Shown here: positions 9,539 to 18,629 of the stretch, piece by piece
Numbering within the stretch: the first letter of the stretch is position 1
How the letters are laid out: every line of letters begins with the position of its first letter
Source: an uncultured SAR116 cluster alpha proteobacterium
GTDB lineage: Bacteria; Pseudomonadota; Alphaproteobacteria; Puniceispirillales; Marisalimonadaceae
Assembly (NCBI GenBank): GCA_902595145.1
Contig: CACJOU010000004.1
Location: forward strand, 7,414-71,413
DNA: 64,000 bases
Direction of reading: 5' to 3'
Notes under the pieces: generated by a model
Database searches by the model: none
What the model saw: only the letters and a program-made list of their open reading frames with translations
Told to the model about the DNA's origin: nothing
Translations under genes and position numbers: made by a program

Positions 9539-10373
9539 AGCAATTTGCCCACAACCTATTAAAAGTTACTATTTTTCAAATACTAGAGAAGAAATTTATA
9601 AGATTATAATAAATTTACTTAAGAAATTATCTTTTTTTATGGCTTTAGTCTTAATAAGTGGATTTCCTGTTCAGGCTATAGGAGATCCTGTTGCTTCTGG
9701 TTTTCCTGCATTAAATGTATCAACTAACGGTGATACAACTGAATACTCATTTCCACTACAAATTTTATTATTGATGACAGCATTAACAGTTTTACCTTCT
9801 TTAGTTCTTGGAATGACTAGTTTTACAAGGATAATTATTGTTATGTCAATTCTCCGTCAAGCTTTGGGAACACAACAAACTCCTCCTAATCAAGTATTAA
9901 TTGCAATATCTCTTTTTCTAACCTTTTTTATTATGGCTCCAACTTTCAATAAGGTTTATGAAAATGCTGCAGTCCCGTATATGGAAAAAAGTTTACCTGC
10001 AGAACAAGCTATTGAAACAGCAAGTAGTGAAATGAAACAGTTTATGGTTAAAAATACGAGAAAAACAGACTTAATTATGTTCACTGAATTAGCTGGCTTA
10101 GAAAAATTTGATAAAGTATCTGATATTCCCTTTAGAATAGCTCTTCCTGCATTTATGACTAGTGAACTTAAAACTGCATTTCAAATAGGGTTTCTTTTAT
10201 TTTTACCTTTCTTAGTAATTGATATGGTTATTTCATCCATTTTGATGTCACTTGGAATGATGATGTTGTCTCCAATGTTAGTTGCGCTTCCATTTAAATT
10301 ATTATTATTTGTTTTAGTTGATGGATGGAGCATGACAGTTGGATCTTTAGTAAGCACCTTTTCGGCAGGATAA
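9525..10373 (+). CDS. fliP: Flagellar export gate protein FliP
   Basis: MTSFTRIIIV, QQTPPNQVL, PAFMTSELKTAFQIGF, LPFKLLLFVLVDGW. Confidence 0.98.
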   Translation: MKMRRAICPQPIKSYYFSNTREEIYKIIINLLKKLSFFMALVLISGFPVQAIGDPVASGFPALNVSTNGDTTEYSFPLQILLLMTALTVLPSLVLGMTSFTRIIIVMSILRQALGTQQTPPNQVLIAISLFLTFFIMAPTFNKVYENAAVPYMEKSLPAEQAIETASSEMKQFMVKNTRKTDLIMFTELAGLEKFDKVSDIPFRIALPAFMTSELKTAFQIGFLLFLPFLVIDMVISSILMSLGMMMLSPMLVALPFKLLLFVLVDGWSMTVGSLVSTFSAG

Positions 10374-10376
10374 AAA

Positions 10377-10649
10377 ATGAACTTTGATGAAAATATTAGT
10401 ATGTTAAGTATGGCTTTTTATCAGGTTTTGCTTGTTTCTGGTCCTATCTTAGCTTTAGCACTTGGTATAGGTCTTTTGATAGGTATTATTCAAGCTGCAA
10501 CATCAATTAATGAAATGACACTTAGTTTTGTACCCAAAGTTATCGTTGTAATGTTAGGCATAGGATTATTGGGTAATTTTTTCATGATGGGACTTGTGGA
10601 TTACTTTAATTTTATTTTTGATCAGGTTGCTGGTGTAGGGCAAAATTAA
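10377..10649 (+). CDS. fliQ: Flagellar export gate protein FliQ
   Basis: QAATSINEMTLSFVPK. Confidence 0.97.
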   Translation: MNFDENISMLSMAFYQVLLVSGPILALALGIGLLIGIIQAATSINEMTLSFVPKVIVVMLGIGLLGNFFMMGLVDYFNFIFDQVAGVGQN

Positions 10650-10667
10650 ACGCGAAAGAAATTTATT

Positions 10668-11483
10668 ATGAATGGGATAGAGTTTGCTTTACCAGGAGTT
10701 AATTTATTTAACTTATACCAATATATGGTAATTTTTTTTGTATCATCTCTTCGTATTTCTTCTTTTTTAATAAGTGCACCATTTTTTTCATTAGGAGGAA
10801 TCCCCTTACAAGTAAGAATTATTGCAAGCATAAGTTTAACTGCATTTTTATTTCCTGTGATTAAAGTACCAGAAATCCAAAATATGCAGGGGTTTAATTT
10901 ATTTTTACTTATATTGTCTGAAATTGGTATAGGACTTTCAGTAGGATTGATTTTAAATATAATTTTTTCTGCAGCAGCAGTTGCAGGTGAGAAAATAGCA
11001 TCTACAGCAGGACTATCAATGTCAAGTATGATTGATCCCCAATCTGGAGGTCAAACACTTGTTTTGAGTACAGTCTTAACTTTATTTCTTATATCTTGTT
11101 TTTTATCGTTAGATGGTCATTTGTATTTACTAAAACTACTTATTGAAAGTTATGTCTACTTACCAATTGGTCTAATCCTTGATTTTTCTGAGGTTAGCAA
11201 TGTTGCTGTCAACACCTTTGGAGATATGTTATATCTAGCTGCTTTAATTAGTTTGCCAATTGTCGGTGGATTATTGTTAATACAATGTTCAATTGGTATA
11301 ATTACTAGATCTGCACCATCTTTAAATCTATTTTCATTTGGTTTTCCAATTGCGTTAATAAGTGTTTTTATCTTTTTATATTTAGGGGTTGGGCCAATTT
11401 CAAATGCTTTTTCAGATTTAACAGCTATGGCAATTAATTTAATTGACGAAGTTCTTCATTCGTATAAAGAAGGAAGTCCATAA
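10668..11483 (+). CDS. fliR: Flagellar export gate protein FliR
   Basis: Multi-TM; MIDPQSG, LDGHL, RSAPSLNLFSFGFP. Confidence 0.96.
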   Translation: MNGIEFALPGVNLFNLYQYMVIFFVSSLRISSFLISAPFFSLGGIPLQVRIIASISLTAFLFPVIKVPEIQNMQGFNLFLLILSEIGIGLSVGLILNIIFSAAAVAGEKIASTAGLSMSSMIDPQSGGQTLVLSTVLTLFLISCFLSLDGHLYLLKLLIESYVYLPIGLILDFSEVSNVAVNTFGDMLYLAALISLPIVGGLLLIQCSIGIITRSAPSLNLFSFGFPIALISVFIFLYLGVGPISNAFSDLTAMAINLIDEVLHSYKEGSP

Positions 11484-11484
11484 A

Positions 11485-12630
11485 ATGGCTGAAGAAGATA
11501 ATTCACAAGATAAAACCGAAGAACCGTCCCAAAGAAAATTAGATAAAGCGGCTGAGGATGGTCAGGTATTAACGTCTAAAGAAATGTTTGTGTTTACATC
11601 ATTAATTATGGGTTTAATGGTTCTGTCATCAATACCATACTTTGCTAGAGATTTTTTAGCAATTTGGAAGACATTTTTTTTATTTGATCTTGATTATATA
11701 ACAAATATTAATCCTGCCTATGGCATGAATAAATTGATTAAATATGTCATTAATATAACTCTAATTGTTGGTGTTCCTCTAATATTAATTATTTTAATAA
11801 CACAAATGGTTATTGGAGGTATTAATTTTGCTCCAAAGGCTTTTCAATTCAAATCAAATAGGATTAACTTATTATCAGGTTTAAAGAGAATATTTTCTTC
11901 TAAAGGTCTCTTTGAACTTATCAAGTCTTTATTCAAAGTTGGCTTATTAGGGGGAATTACATTTTTCGTAATTTACTATAATTTGAAAGATATAATAAAT
12001 TTATCTGAACGTAATTTATATTCCGCTTTATCAAACCTACTTTACAACTTTCCTCAACTCACAATTGCTCTGTTAATTGTTTTAGGTTTTATAGCTGTTT
12101 TTGATTTTATTTGGCAAAAATACCAGCATGTAGAAAAATTAAAAATGACAATCAAAGAAGTAAAAGATGAACATAAAGATACGGATGGCTCGCCAGAAGT
12201 TAAACAAAAAATTAGAAAATTACAAAATGAAATTGCCAATAGAGCTGCCACTCAATCTGCCGCGCTAGATGATGTAAAAGATGCATCAGCTGTAATCACA
12301 AACCCAACTCATTTTGCAGTTGCAATAAAATATGAAGTTGGATCAGAAGGTGCTCCAATAATTTTAGCCATGGGAAGAGGAATGATAGCAGAAAAAATAA
12401 TAAAATTAGCTGATGAAAATAAGGTTACAGTATTTCAAAGCCCTTTACTTGCTAGGGCTCTTTATTTTACAGGAGAAATTGGAAAAGAAATTTCTGAAAA
12501 TCTCTATTCAGCTGTTGCATCTGTATTAGCCTATATCTTTAAAATTGAAAGAGGAGAGGAAACTGATTATCCTGAATTTGAGATTCCAGAAAATATGAGT
12601 TTTGATGAATATGGAAAAAAAATTAAATAA
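11485..12630 (+). CDS. flhB: Flagellar export switch protein FlhB
   Basis: DKTEEPSQRKL N-terminus and NPTH autocleavage motif; start moved to ATG 11485. Confidence 0.97.
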   Translation: MAEEDNSQDKTEEPSQRKLDKAAEDGQVLTSKEMFVFTSLIMGLMVLSSIPYFARDFLAIWKTFFLFDLDYITNINPAYGMNKLIKYVINITLIVGVPLILIILITQMVIGGINFAPKAFQFKSNRINLLSGLKRIFSSKGLFELIKSLFKVGLLGGITFFVIYYNLKDIINLSERNLYSALSNLLYNFPQLTIALLIVLGFIAVFDFIWQKYQHVEKLKMTIKEVKDEHKDTDGSPEVKQKIRKLQNEIANRAATQSAALDDVKDASAVITNPTHFAVAIKYEVGSEGAPIILAMGRGMIAEKIIKLADENKVTVFQSPLLARALYFTGEIGKEISENLYSAVASVLAYIFKIERGEETDYPEFEIPENMSFDEYGKKIK

Positions 12631-12645
12631 ACTTTTGGTGATAAT

Positions 12646-12876
12646 ATGAAAAAAAGAAAAACATTTGGACAAATTATTATTACAGCGATGTTTATTTGGT
12701 CTGCTCTTTTATGTCATTTTGAAGCAAGTACTCTTCGTGAAGAAGGTGATATTACAAATGCTGCTTTATATTGGTTTTTTGGTTTTACAGCAGTATTAGG
12801 GGCTTTTAGATTTAAAATTGCTGAATTGATATATGGAATAATTGAATTCAAAAATAAATATAAAAATAGAAAATAA
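12646..12876 (+). CDS. Small hypothetical membrane protein (2 TM)
   Basis: 76 aa, two hydrophobic segments with basic termini; 15 nt after the flhB stop. Confidence 0.6.
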   Translation: MKKRKTFGQIIITAMFIWSALLCHFEASTLREEGDITNAALYWFFGFTAVLGAFRFKIAELIYGIIEFKNKYKNRK

Positions 12877-12887
12877 AGTTAGTAACC

Positions 12888-13079
12888 GTGATAAAAAATT
12901 TTAAAAATAATAATAAAAAAGTAACTTGCCATGGATGCGACTATTTCTTCATTACTCATAGAAAACAAAGGCCGTGGGGATGTAAAAAGTTTGGTTTTAT
13001 TTCTAAATTTATACCTTCATTGGAAGTGTTTAGTACAACTGGTATGGAATGTGCATACAGAAAAGAAAAGAATTTATGA
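12888..13079 (+). CDS. Small four-cysteine (putative metal-binding) protein
   Basis: 63 aa, C14-x2-C17-x14-C32-x22-C55 with PWGC..FGF.S...PS..V....G..C; GTG start. Confidence 0.7.
   Translation: MIKNFKNNNKKVTCHGCDYFFITHRKQRPWGCKKFGFISKFIPSLEVFSTTGMECAYRKEKNL
13040..13055 (+). promoter_or_regulatory. Possible sigma54 -24/-12 promoter for the 237-aa gene
   Basis: TGGTATGGAATGTGCA has GG-N10-GC spacing about 63 nt upstream of ATG 13119, but is an imperfect match and lies inside a CDS. Confidence 0.35.
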
Positions 13080-13118
13080 TTTTATGTTTGTTTAGTTTAA
13101 AACTATAGGAAAAATAAA

Positions 13119-13832
13119 ATGGATACTAAAATGGAAGCTGTTCAAGAAAGCATCAAATTAGCTTTAGATGCAGCAGATGCCGCAACTGATGTAACATCAG
13201 AATATAATAAGGTTAAAAAAGCGCATGAAAAATTGGAGGCTAAAGTGAAACAAATCCATAAATATACTACAATTGTATTTTTATCGTCTATTATATCAGG
13301 TTTGGTAGTTATAACTGTTAGTGCCTTTTTATTTATGCAATCCTCAGATAAATTGACTAACATGACAGAAACAAGTAGGGAGGCACTAGTTGTTTTTGCA
13401 GAGAATGTCGATGGGGTAAATGCTTCTTTAAAAAACCTAGATACCGCTATAAAAAAACAAGGAGATTTACTTGAGATTAACAAGAAATTAGTTGTTAGCC
13501 TTGATAAAATTGAAAAAAGAGTTCAAACATCCAACGAAAATACAGTTGCAGAATTACAATTAATTACAAACACTCTTGTAAATGAATTGAACAAAAACTC
13601 GCAAGCAAGTATAGAAAATAATAATAAACTTACTTCAAATATAGAAAAGTTAAATAAATCTAATAACAAAGCTATTTCTAAGGCTATTAAACAAATCAGT
13701 AATAAAGCTATCTATAAAAAAATTGTAGCTAACCAAGCAATTCAAGCACAACAAATTTCAAAGCTTTTAAAACAAAACAATAATGTATTGAGTAAGATAG
13801 CGGATAAAACTAGTAGGATTAAATACCCATAA
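13119..13832 (+). CDS. Single-TM coiled-coil protein, candidate MotF-like flagellar motor accessory protein
   Basis: 237 aa, one TM at about residues 52-73 flanked by helical heptads; RBS TAGGA; downstream of flhB. The CDS is clear, the functional call is inferred. Confidence 0.55.
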   Translation: MDTKMEAVQESIKLALDAADAATDVTSEYNKVKKAHEKLEAKVKQIHKYTTIVFLSSIISGLVVITVSAFLFMQSSDKLTNMTETSREALVVFAENVDGVNASLKNLDTAIKKQGDLLEINKKLVVSLDKIEKRVQTSNENTVAELQLITNTLVNELNKNSQASIENNNKLTSNIEKLNKSNNKAISKAIKQISNKAIYKKIVANQAIQAQQISKLLKQNNNVLSKIADKTSRIKYP

Positions 13833-13864
13833 TTTAATCATGTTTATATAGTGAGTTTAGTAAA

Positions 13865-14572
13865 ATGAATGAAGAAATTGTAACTGAAAAATCATTTTTA
13901 CAGATTAAATCAATAAGAACATCTTCAAATGCTTTTATGATGAAGCTAAAAGAGGGTGATGTTATTATAGCTATTGATGGTGAAATGGTTCATAAAAGTT
14001 ATAACGAACTATCTAAGGAATTATCTGAAATAAAAGAAAAAAAAGTAATGACTCTATTTAGAGATGGAGTTTTTTTTAACACGTTTATTTATGGTTCTCT
14101 AGGAGTGATTTGCGAAAACATAACATCTGAAAAAATACCAGAGTTAGAAATTTCAAATATAAATGATCATTTTCAACAAGATGAATTTTATATTTTATTT
14201 GAAGTTTATAAAAAGCCTGGAGGTAATGCAATATTACTCAATACAATGTCTTCAATTCTTGCAAGTTTCGCTCCACCTTTATGGATGTTACAAAACAGGT
14301 TGTGGAATTTGTTTTTTATTACCATGGTCTTTTACATCATGCTATTATTAATTTCTCCATGGTTGTTTTTCATAGGTTGGATATTAAAATCTTGGTATAT
14401 AGGTAATAGTCAGATAGAACTTCTAAGATATTTTTATAGGCTAAATAATTATAGATTAAGTTTGAGTTTTTGTGCTAGAAGCGATAAAGAGGCTCAAGAG
14501 ATTGCTAGAAAATTTGATGAAAAAATTGATTTTCATTTCTCTTATTTAGAGCCAGTGTTAATTGAAGATTAA
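13865..14572 (+). CDS. PDZ-like domain membrane protein (DUF2628-like TM region)
   Basis: N-terminal IKSIRTSSNA...LKEGDVIIAIDG (PDZ-like) and ASFAPPLWMLQNRLW followed by a hydrophobic stretch. Confidence 0.6.
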   Translation: MNEEIVTEKSFLQIKSIRTSSNAFMMKLKEGDVIIAIDGEMVHKSYNELSKELSEIKEKKVMTLFRDGVFFNTFIYGSLGVICENITSEKIPELEISNINDHFQQDEFYILFEVYKKPGGNAILLNTMSSILASFAPPLWMLQNRLWNLFFITMVFYIMLLLISPWLFFIGWILKSWYIGNSQIELLRYFYRLNNYRLSLSFCARSDKEAQEIARKFDEKIDFHFSYLEPVLIED

Positions 14573-14573
14573 T

Positions 14574-15284
14574 CTAATTAACATTAATTAAATCAATTAC
14601 TTCACCTTTATAAATTTTATTTGAAAAAATAATATCTTTTATTTTTTCTGCCACCTCCTTTGGCTTCTGTAGATTATCACTATTTTCACCAGGCATTGCC
14701 TGTTTTCTCATCTTTGTATTTGTCTTCCCAGGATTTATTATTGAAATTGACAAATTATTATTTTTATTCTCCATAGACCATATTTTTACCATGTGTTGAA
14801 GTGATGCCTTAGAAACAGCATAAGCCCCCCAAAAGGGTCTTACTTCATTAGCTACTGTTGACGACAGAAAACAAGCTTTAGGTTTATTACTATTTTTTAA
14901 TAGTGGCTCGAAAGATCGAATTAGTCTGTGATTGCTTACTAAATTTACATTAAGTACTTCAATAAACTCATCATTACTTTGGTGATGTATAGGTCCTAGA
15001 GTTCCTAGAATTGCGGCATTTGAGATTAATATATCTAATTTTTTCCATCTTTTAAATATTTCTAAGCCTAGTTTGTCAATTCCAATAAAATCATTCATAT
15101 CGAGTTTAATTAAAGTACATGAACCACCACTATCAACAATTGTTTTTTCGGTTTTTTCAAGACTAGATAAAGATTTTCCAGTGATAATTGTATGGTAATC
15201 ATGTTTTGCAAGTACAATGGCTGTTTCAGCCCCAATGCCACTTCCTGCTCCTGTAATAAGTGCAATATTTTTATTATAATTCAT
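14574..15284 (-). CDS. Short-chain dehydrogenase/reductase (YciK-like)
   Basis: TGAGSGIG, NAAILG, YAVSK, INPGKTNTKMR; the usual gene after purF in Alphaproteobacteria. Confidence 0.9.
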   Translation of the reverse strand: MNYNKNIALITGAGSGIGAETAIVLAKHDYHTIITGKSLSSLEKTEKTIVDSGGSCTLIKLDMNDFIGIDKLGLEIFKRWKKLDILISNAAILGTLGPIHHQSNDEFIEVLNVNLVSNHRLIRSFEPLLKNSNKPKACFLSSTVANEVRPFWGAYAVSKASLQHMVKIWSMENKNNNLSISIINPGKTNTKMRKQAMPGENSDNLQKPKEVAEKIKDIIFSNKIYKGEVIDLINVN

Positions 15285-15288
15285 TAGT

Positions 15289-16701
15289 TTATCTATTAAG
15301 TTTTAGAATTTCAGTTACATCTATTGGATATTCACCTGTAAAACAGTGATCAGTAAATTGAGGTGTCTCAGAGTTTCTTTTTTCACACCCCATTGCTTTG
15401 TAGGTGCCATTTAATGAGAGGAAAAATAAGGATTTAGCTCCAACTAATTTTGTCATTTCTTTTAAACTAGATTGAGAAGCAATTAATTGATTATAGTTAG
15501 GTGTGTCAATACCATAAAAATCTGGGTGTAAAATTGGAGGGCATGAGATTCCCAAATGAACTTCCTTGGCCCCTGCTTCGTAAACCATTTTTACAATTTT
15601 GCTTGCTGTAGTTCCTCTAACTATTGAGTCATCAATTAAAATAACTTTTTTATTTTCAATACATGATCTATTCACACTATGTTTAAGTTTTACTCCAAAT
15701 TGTCTGATGGTTTGGGAGGGCTCAATAAAAGTACGACCAACATAGTGACTTCTAATTATACCAAGTTCAAATGGGATTTTTGAATTTTGTGAAAATCCAA
15801 TAGCCGCTGAAACTCCTGAATCTGGTATTGGGACAACTACATCTGCATTTATATTATTTTCAATAGCTAGTTGTTCTCCAAGAGCTTTCCTATAAGTATA
15901 AACTGTTTTATTCCCTATTATACTATCAGGGCTTGCAAAATAAATTCTCTCAAATATACAAGGTCTTTCAGGGATTTTTTTAAAAGGTTTGATAGACTCC
16001 ATTCCATCTTCGGTGATTACAATTATCTCACCGTTTTCTATTTCACGTACATACTTTGCTCCAATCATATCTAAAGCACAGGTTTCTGAAGCTAACACAG
16101 GAGAACCATTTTTATCACCCAGAACTAAGGGTCTAATCCCAAAAGGATCTCTTACCCCAATAAGTTTTTTATTTGTTAAGATTACAAGTGAATAAGCCCC
16201 TTTTATTTGACGGAGTGTATCAATTAGCTTATCAATTATTTTTTTCTTTTTTGATCGCGCAACTAATTGAAGAATAATTTCAGTATCAGATGAAGTTTGA
16301 AAAATAGAGCCACTTTCAACCAATTGTTTTTTTATTGAATAAGTGTTTGTTAAATTTCCATTATGTGCGCATGCAAAACCGCCAATGGCTAAATTTGCAA
16401 AAAAAGGTTGTAGATTTTCAGGTTTGGATTCACCAGTTGTAGAGTATCTTACGTGGCCTATGGCTGTCTTACCAGGAAGTTTAGTCAAAATATCCTTATT
16501 GTTGAAATTATCTCCTACTAAACCTTGTTTACGAACTGAATGAAAACCTTTTCCATCAAAGCTTACTATCCCTGCACCTTCTTGACCTCTATGTTGAAGT
16601 GAATGAAGCCCTAAAGTCGTTAGAACAGAGGCTTCTTTTGTTCCAAATATACCAAATACACCACATTCATCTTTAAACTTATCATTTATTTTACAGTACA
16701 T
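15289..16701 (-). CDS. purF: Amidophosphoribosyltransferase
   Basis: ECGVFG nucleophile Cys, LQHRGQE, IDDSIVRGTT PRPP motif. Confidence 0.98.
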   Translation of the reverse strand: MYCKINDKFKDECGVFGIFGTKEASVLTTLGLHSLQHRGQEGAGIVSFDGKGFHSVRKQGLVGDNFNNKDILTKLPGKTAIGHVRYSTTGESKPENLQPFFANLAIGGFACAHNGNLTNTYSIKKQLVESGSIFQTSSDTEIILQLVARSKKKKIIDKLIDTLRQIKGAYSLVILTNKKLIGVRDPFGIRPLVLGDKNGSPVLASETCALDMIGAKYVREIENGEIIVITEDGMESIKPFKKIPERPCIFERIYFASPDSIIGNKTVYTYRKALGEQLAIENNINADVVVPIPDSGVSAAIGFSQNSKIPFELGIIRSHYVGRTFIEPSQTIRQFGVKLKHSVNRSCIENKKVILIDDSIVRGTTASKIVKMVYEAGAKEVHLGISCPPILHPDFYGIDTPNYNQLIASQSSLKEMTKLVGAKSLFFLSLNGTYKAMGCEKRNSETPQFTDHCFTGEYPIDVTEILKLNR

Positions 16702-16725
16702 TTTATTTTCCTAGAATTCTTTGTT

Positions 16726-17262
16726 TTACAATTCTTTTGCCTTCTCAATATCAAGTTTTATTTCTTTATGATTAAAAAACTTTACCAACATTTCAGCAGA
16801 AAAATTTATATATTTGAATGAATATGCTTCAAGAAGCGTATCAGGTAATTTTTTTTCTTTCCCTATTAAATATAAAAATCCTAAATAGAATAAAAGAATT
16901 AGTAAAAAACCTCTTAAGGATCCAAAAACAAACCCACAAATTTTGTCAAAAATTAAAATTCCATTTACATCAAATTTGGGGGATAACCAACTTGAGATTA
17001 TACTAGATAAAATTAGAGTTCCCAAAAATGGAAAACCAAAAGCAAGAAAATCTACAATTATTTCTTGTGATATATGATCTAACAATTTTACTTTAAACTT
17101 TTCAAAGAAATTAAATGCCACAATCAAAGATAAAATCCAAGAAATAATACTAAATAATTCTTTAACAAATCCTCTTAAAGTAGCTACTATGCACGACGTA
17201 AGAATAACTCCAAAAACTATAATATCGATTATATTAAAATACAGATTATTAAAATATTCCAT
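16726..17262 (-). CDS. cvpA: Colicin V production protein CvpA family
   Basis: RGFVKELFSI, DKICGFVFGSLRG; lies between radA and purF. Confidence 0.92.
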   Translation of the reverse strand: MEYFNNLYFNIIDIIVFGVILTSCIVATLRGFVKELFSIISWILSLIVAFNFFEKFKVKLLDHISQEIIVDFLAFGFPFLGTLILSSIISSWLSPKFDVNGILIFDKICGFVFGSLRGFLLILLFYLGFLYLIGKEKKLPDTLLEAYSFKYINFSAEMLVKFFNHKEIKLDIEKAKEL

Positions 17263-18629
17263 CAGTCTCTATTATCTTTATTAATTAATTCCACTAGGTC
17301 ACTCAAAATGCTCAGATTGTTATATCGCATATCTCCACTAATTATAACTTTTTGTTTAGTAGGAAGATTAATTTTATTAAAACCTAATTTAGATGCCTCT
17401 TTAATTCTTAATTCTGGCTGATTAACTTTCCTAATTTCTCCTGAGAGGCCAACTTCACCAAAAAACACACTGGAAAAAGATAAGGGAATATTTTTAACAG
17501 AAGAAATTATAGCAGCTGCTACAGCTAAATCCGCAGCTGGTTCAAATAATTTTATACCTCCTGCAATATTCAAAAATATATCCATATTGGAGAGATGTAT
17601 TTTACACCTTGCCTCTAAAACAGCGCATAACATTGCGAGCCTTGATATGTCCCAACCTACTATTACTCTTCTTGGTGTAACTAATGTGGAATGAGTAACT
17701 AATGCCTGAATTTCTACTAAAATAGGTCTTGTGCCCTCTAATCCTGCAAAAATTGAAGTTCCTGATATATTTTTTTGTCTATCTGACAAAAACATTGCGG
17801 AAGGATTAACAATTTCTTTTAGACCATTATTTAACATTTCAAACACCCCGATTTCATTGTTAGCTCCAAATCTATTTTTAAAACTTCTTAAAATTCTATA
17901 TTGAAAATTATTATCACCCTCAAAATATAAAACAGTATCAACCATATGTTCTAAAACTTTTGGTCCAGCTATAGCTCCATCTTTTGTAAGATGACCTATT
18001 AAAATTAGTATAGTATTTGTTTTTTTTGCAGCGAGTATTAATTCATGCGCACTAGCTCTTACTTGTGATACCGTTCCAGGCGAACTGTCTAATTGAGGTA
18101 AATACATAGTTTGTATAGAGTCAATTACTAATACACATCTTTTTTTTCCCGAATTTATTGTGGTGGCAATGTCAGAAGCATTTGTGATTGAAGCAAATTC
18201 AATATCATTATTTTTAACACCTAAACGATCAGCTCTCATTTTTATTTGAGATAAACTTTCTTCTCCAGAAACATAGATACATTTTTCTTTTTGATCAGAT
18301 AGTTTGCCTACGAGTTGTAATAGTAAAGTAGACTTTCCAATTCCAGGGTCTCCACCAATTAGAGTGACGGAGCCTGGAACAAATCCACCTCCTATAACTC
18401 TATCTAGCTCATTAAGATTAGTTTTAATTCTTGAATATTCGTAGTTTACATCATTCAGCTTTTCAAAGTTTATTCTTTTTCCTTTTGATTTAGATAAAAC
18501 CCCAGAGGGTTTAGAATTATTTTCTTCAGTTATTGTATTCCATTGATTACATTGTTCGCATTTACCTATCCATCTTGAATAAATATTTCCACAAGATTGA
18601 CAAATAAATTGTTTTTTGGATTTTATCAT
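17262..18629 (-). CDS. radA: DNA repair protein RadA/Sms
   Basis: CxxC..CxxC zinc finger, GDPGIGKST, KNRFG motif. Confidence 0.98.
   Translation of the reverse strand: MIKSKKQFICQSCGNIYSRWIGKCEQCNQWNTITEENNSKPSGVLSKSKGKRINFEKLNDVNYEYSRIKTNLNELDRVIGGGFVPGSVTLIGGDPGIGKSTLLLQLVGKLSDQKEKCIYVSGEESLSQIKMRADRLGVKNNDIEFASITNASDIATTINSGKKRCVLVIDSIQTMYLPQLDSSPGTVSQVRASAHELILAAKKTNTILILIGHLTKDGAIAGPKVLEHMVDTVLYFEGDNNFQYRILRSFKNRFGANNEIGVFEMLNNGLKEIVNPSAMFLSDRQKNISGTSIFAGLEGTRPILVEIQALVTHSTLVTPRRVIVGWDISRLAMLCAVLEARCKIHLSNMDIFLNIAGGIKLFEPAADLAVAAAIISSVKNIPLSFSSVFFGEVGLSGEIRKVNQPELRIKEASKLGFNKINLPTKQKVIISGDMRYNNLSILSDLVELINKDNRD

Noticed and set aside
14560-14600. Junction of the flagellar block and core genes as an island boundary or att site
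   Set aside because: No tRNA, integrase, direct repeat or obvious compositional step; the genes simply converge with a 1-nt gap.
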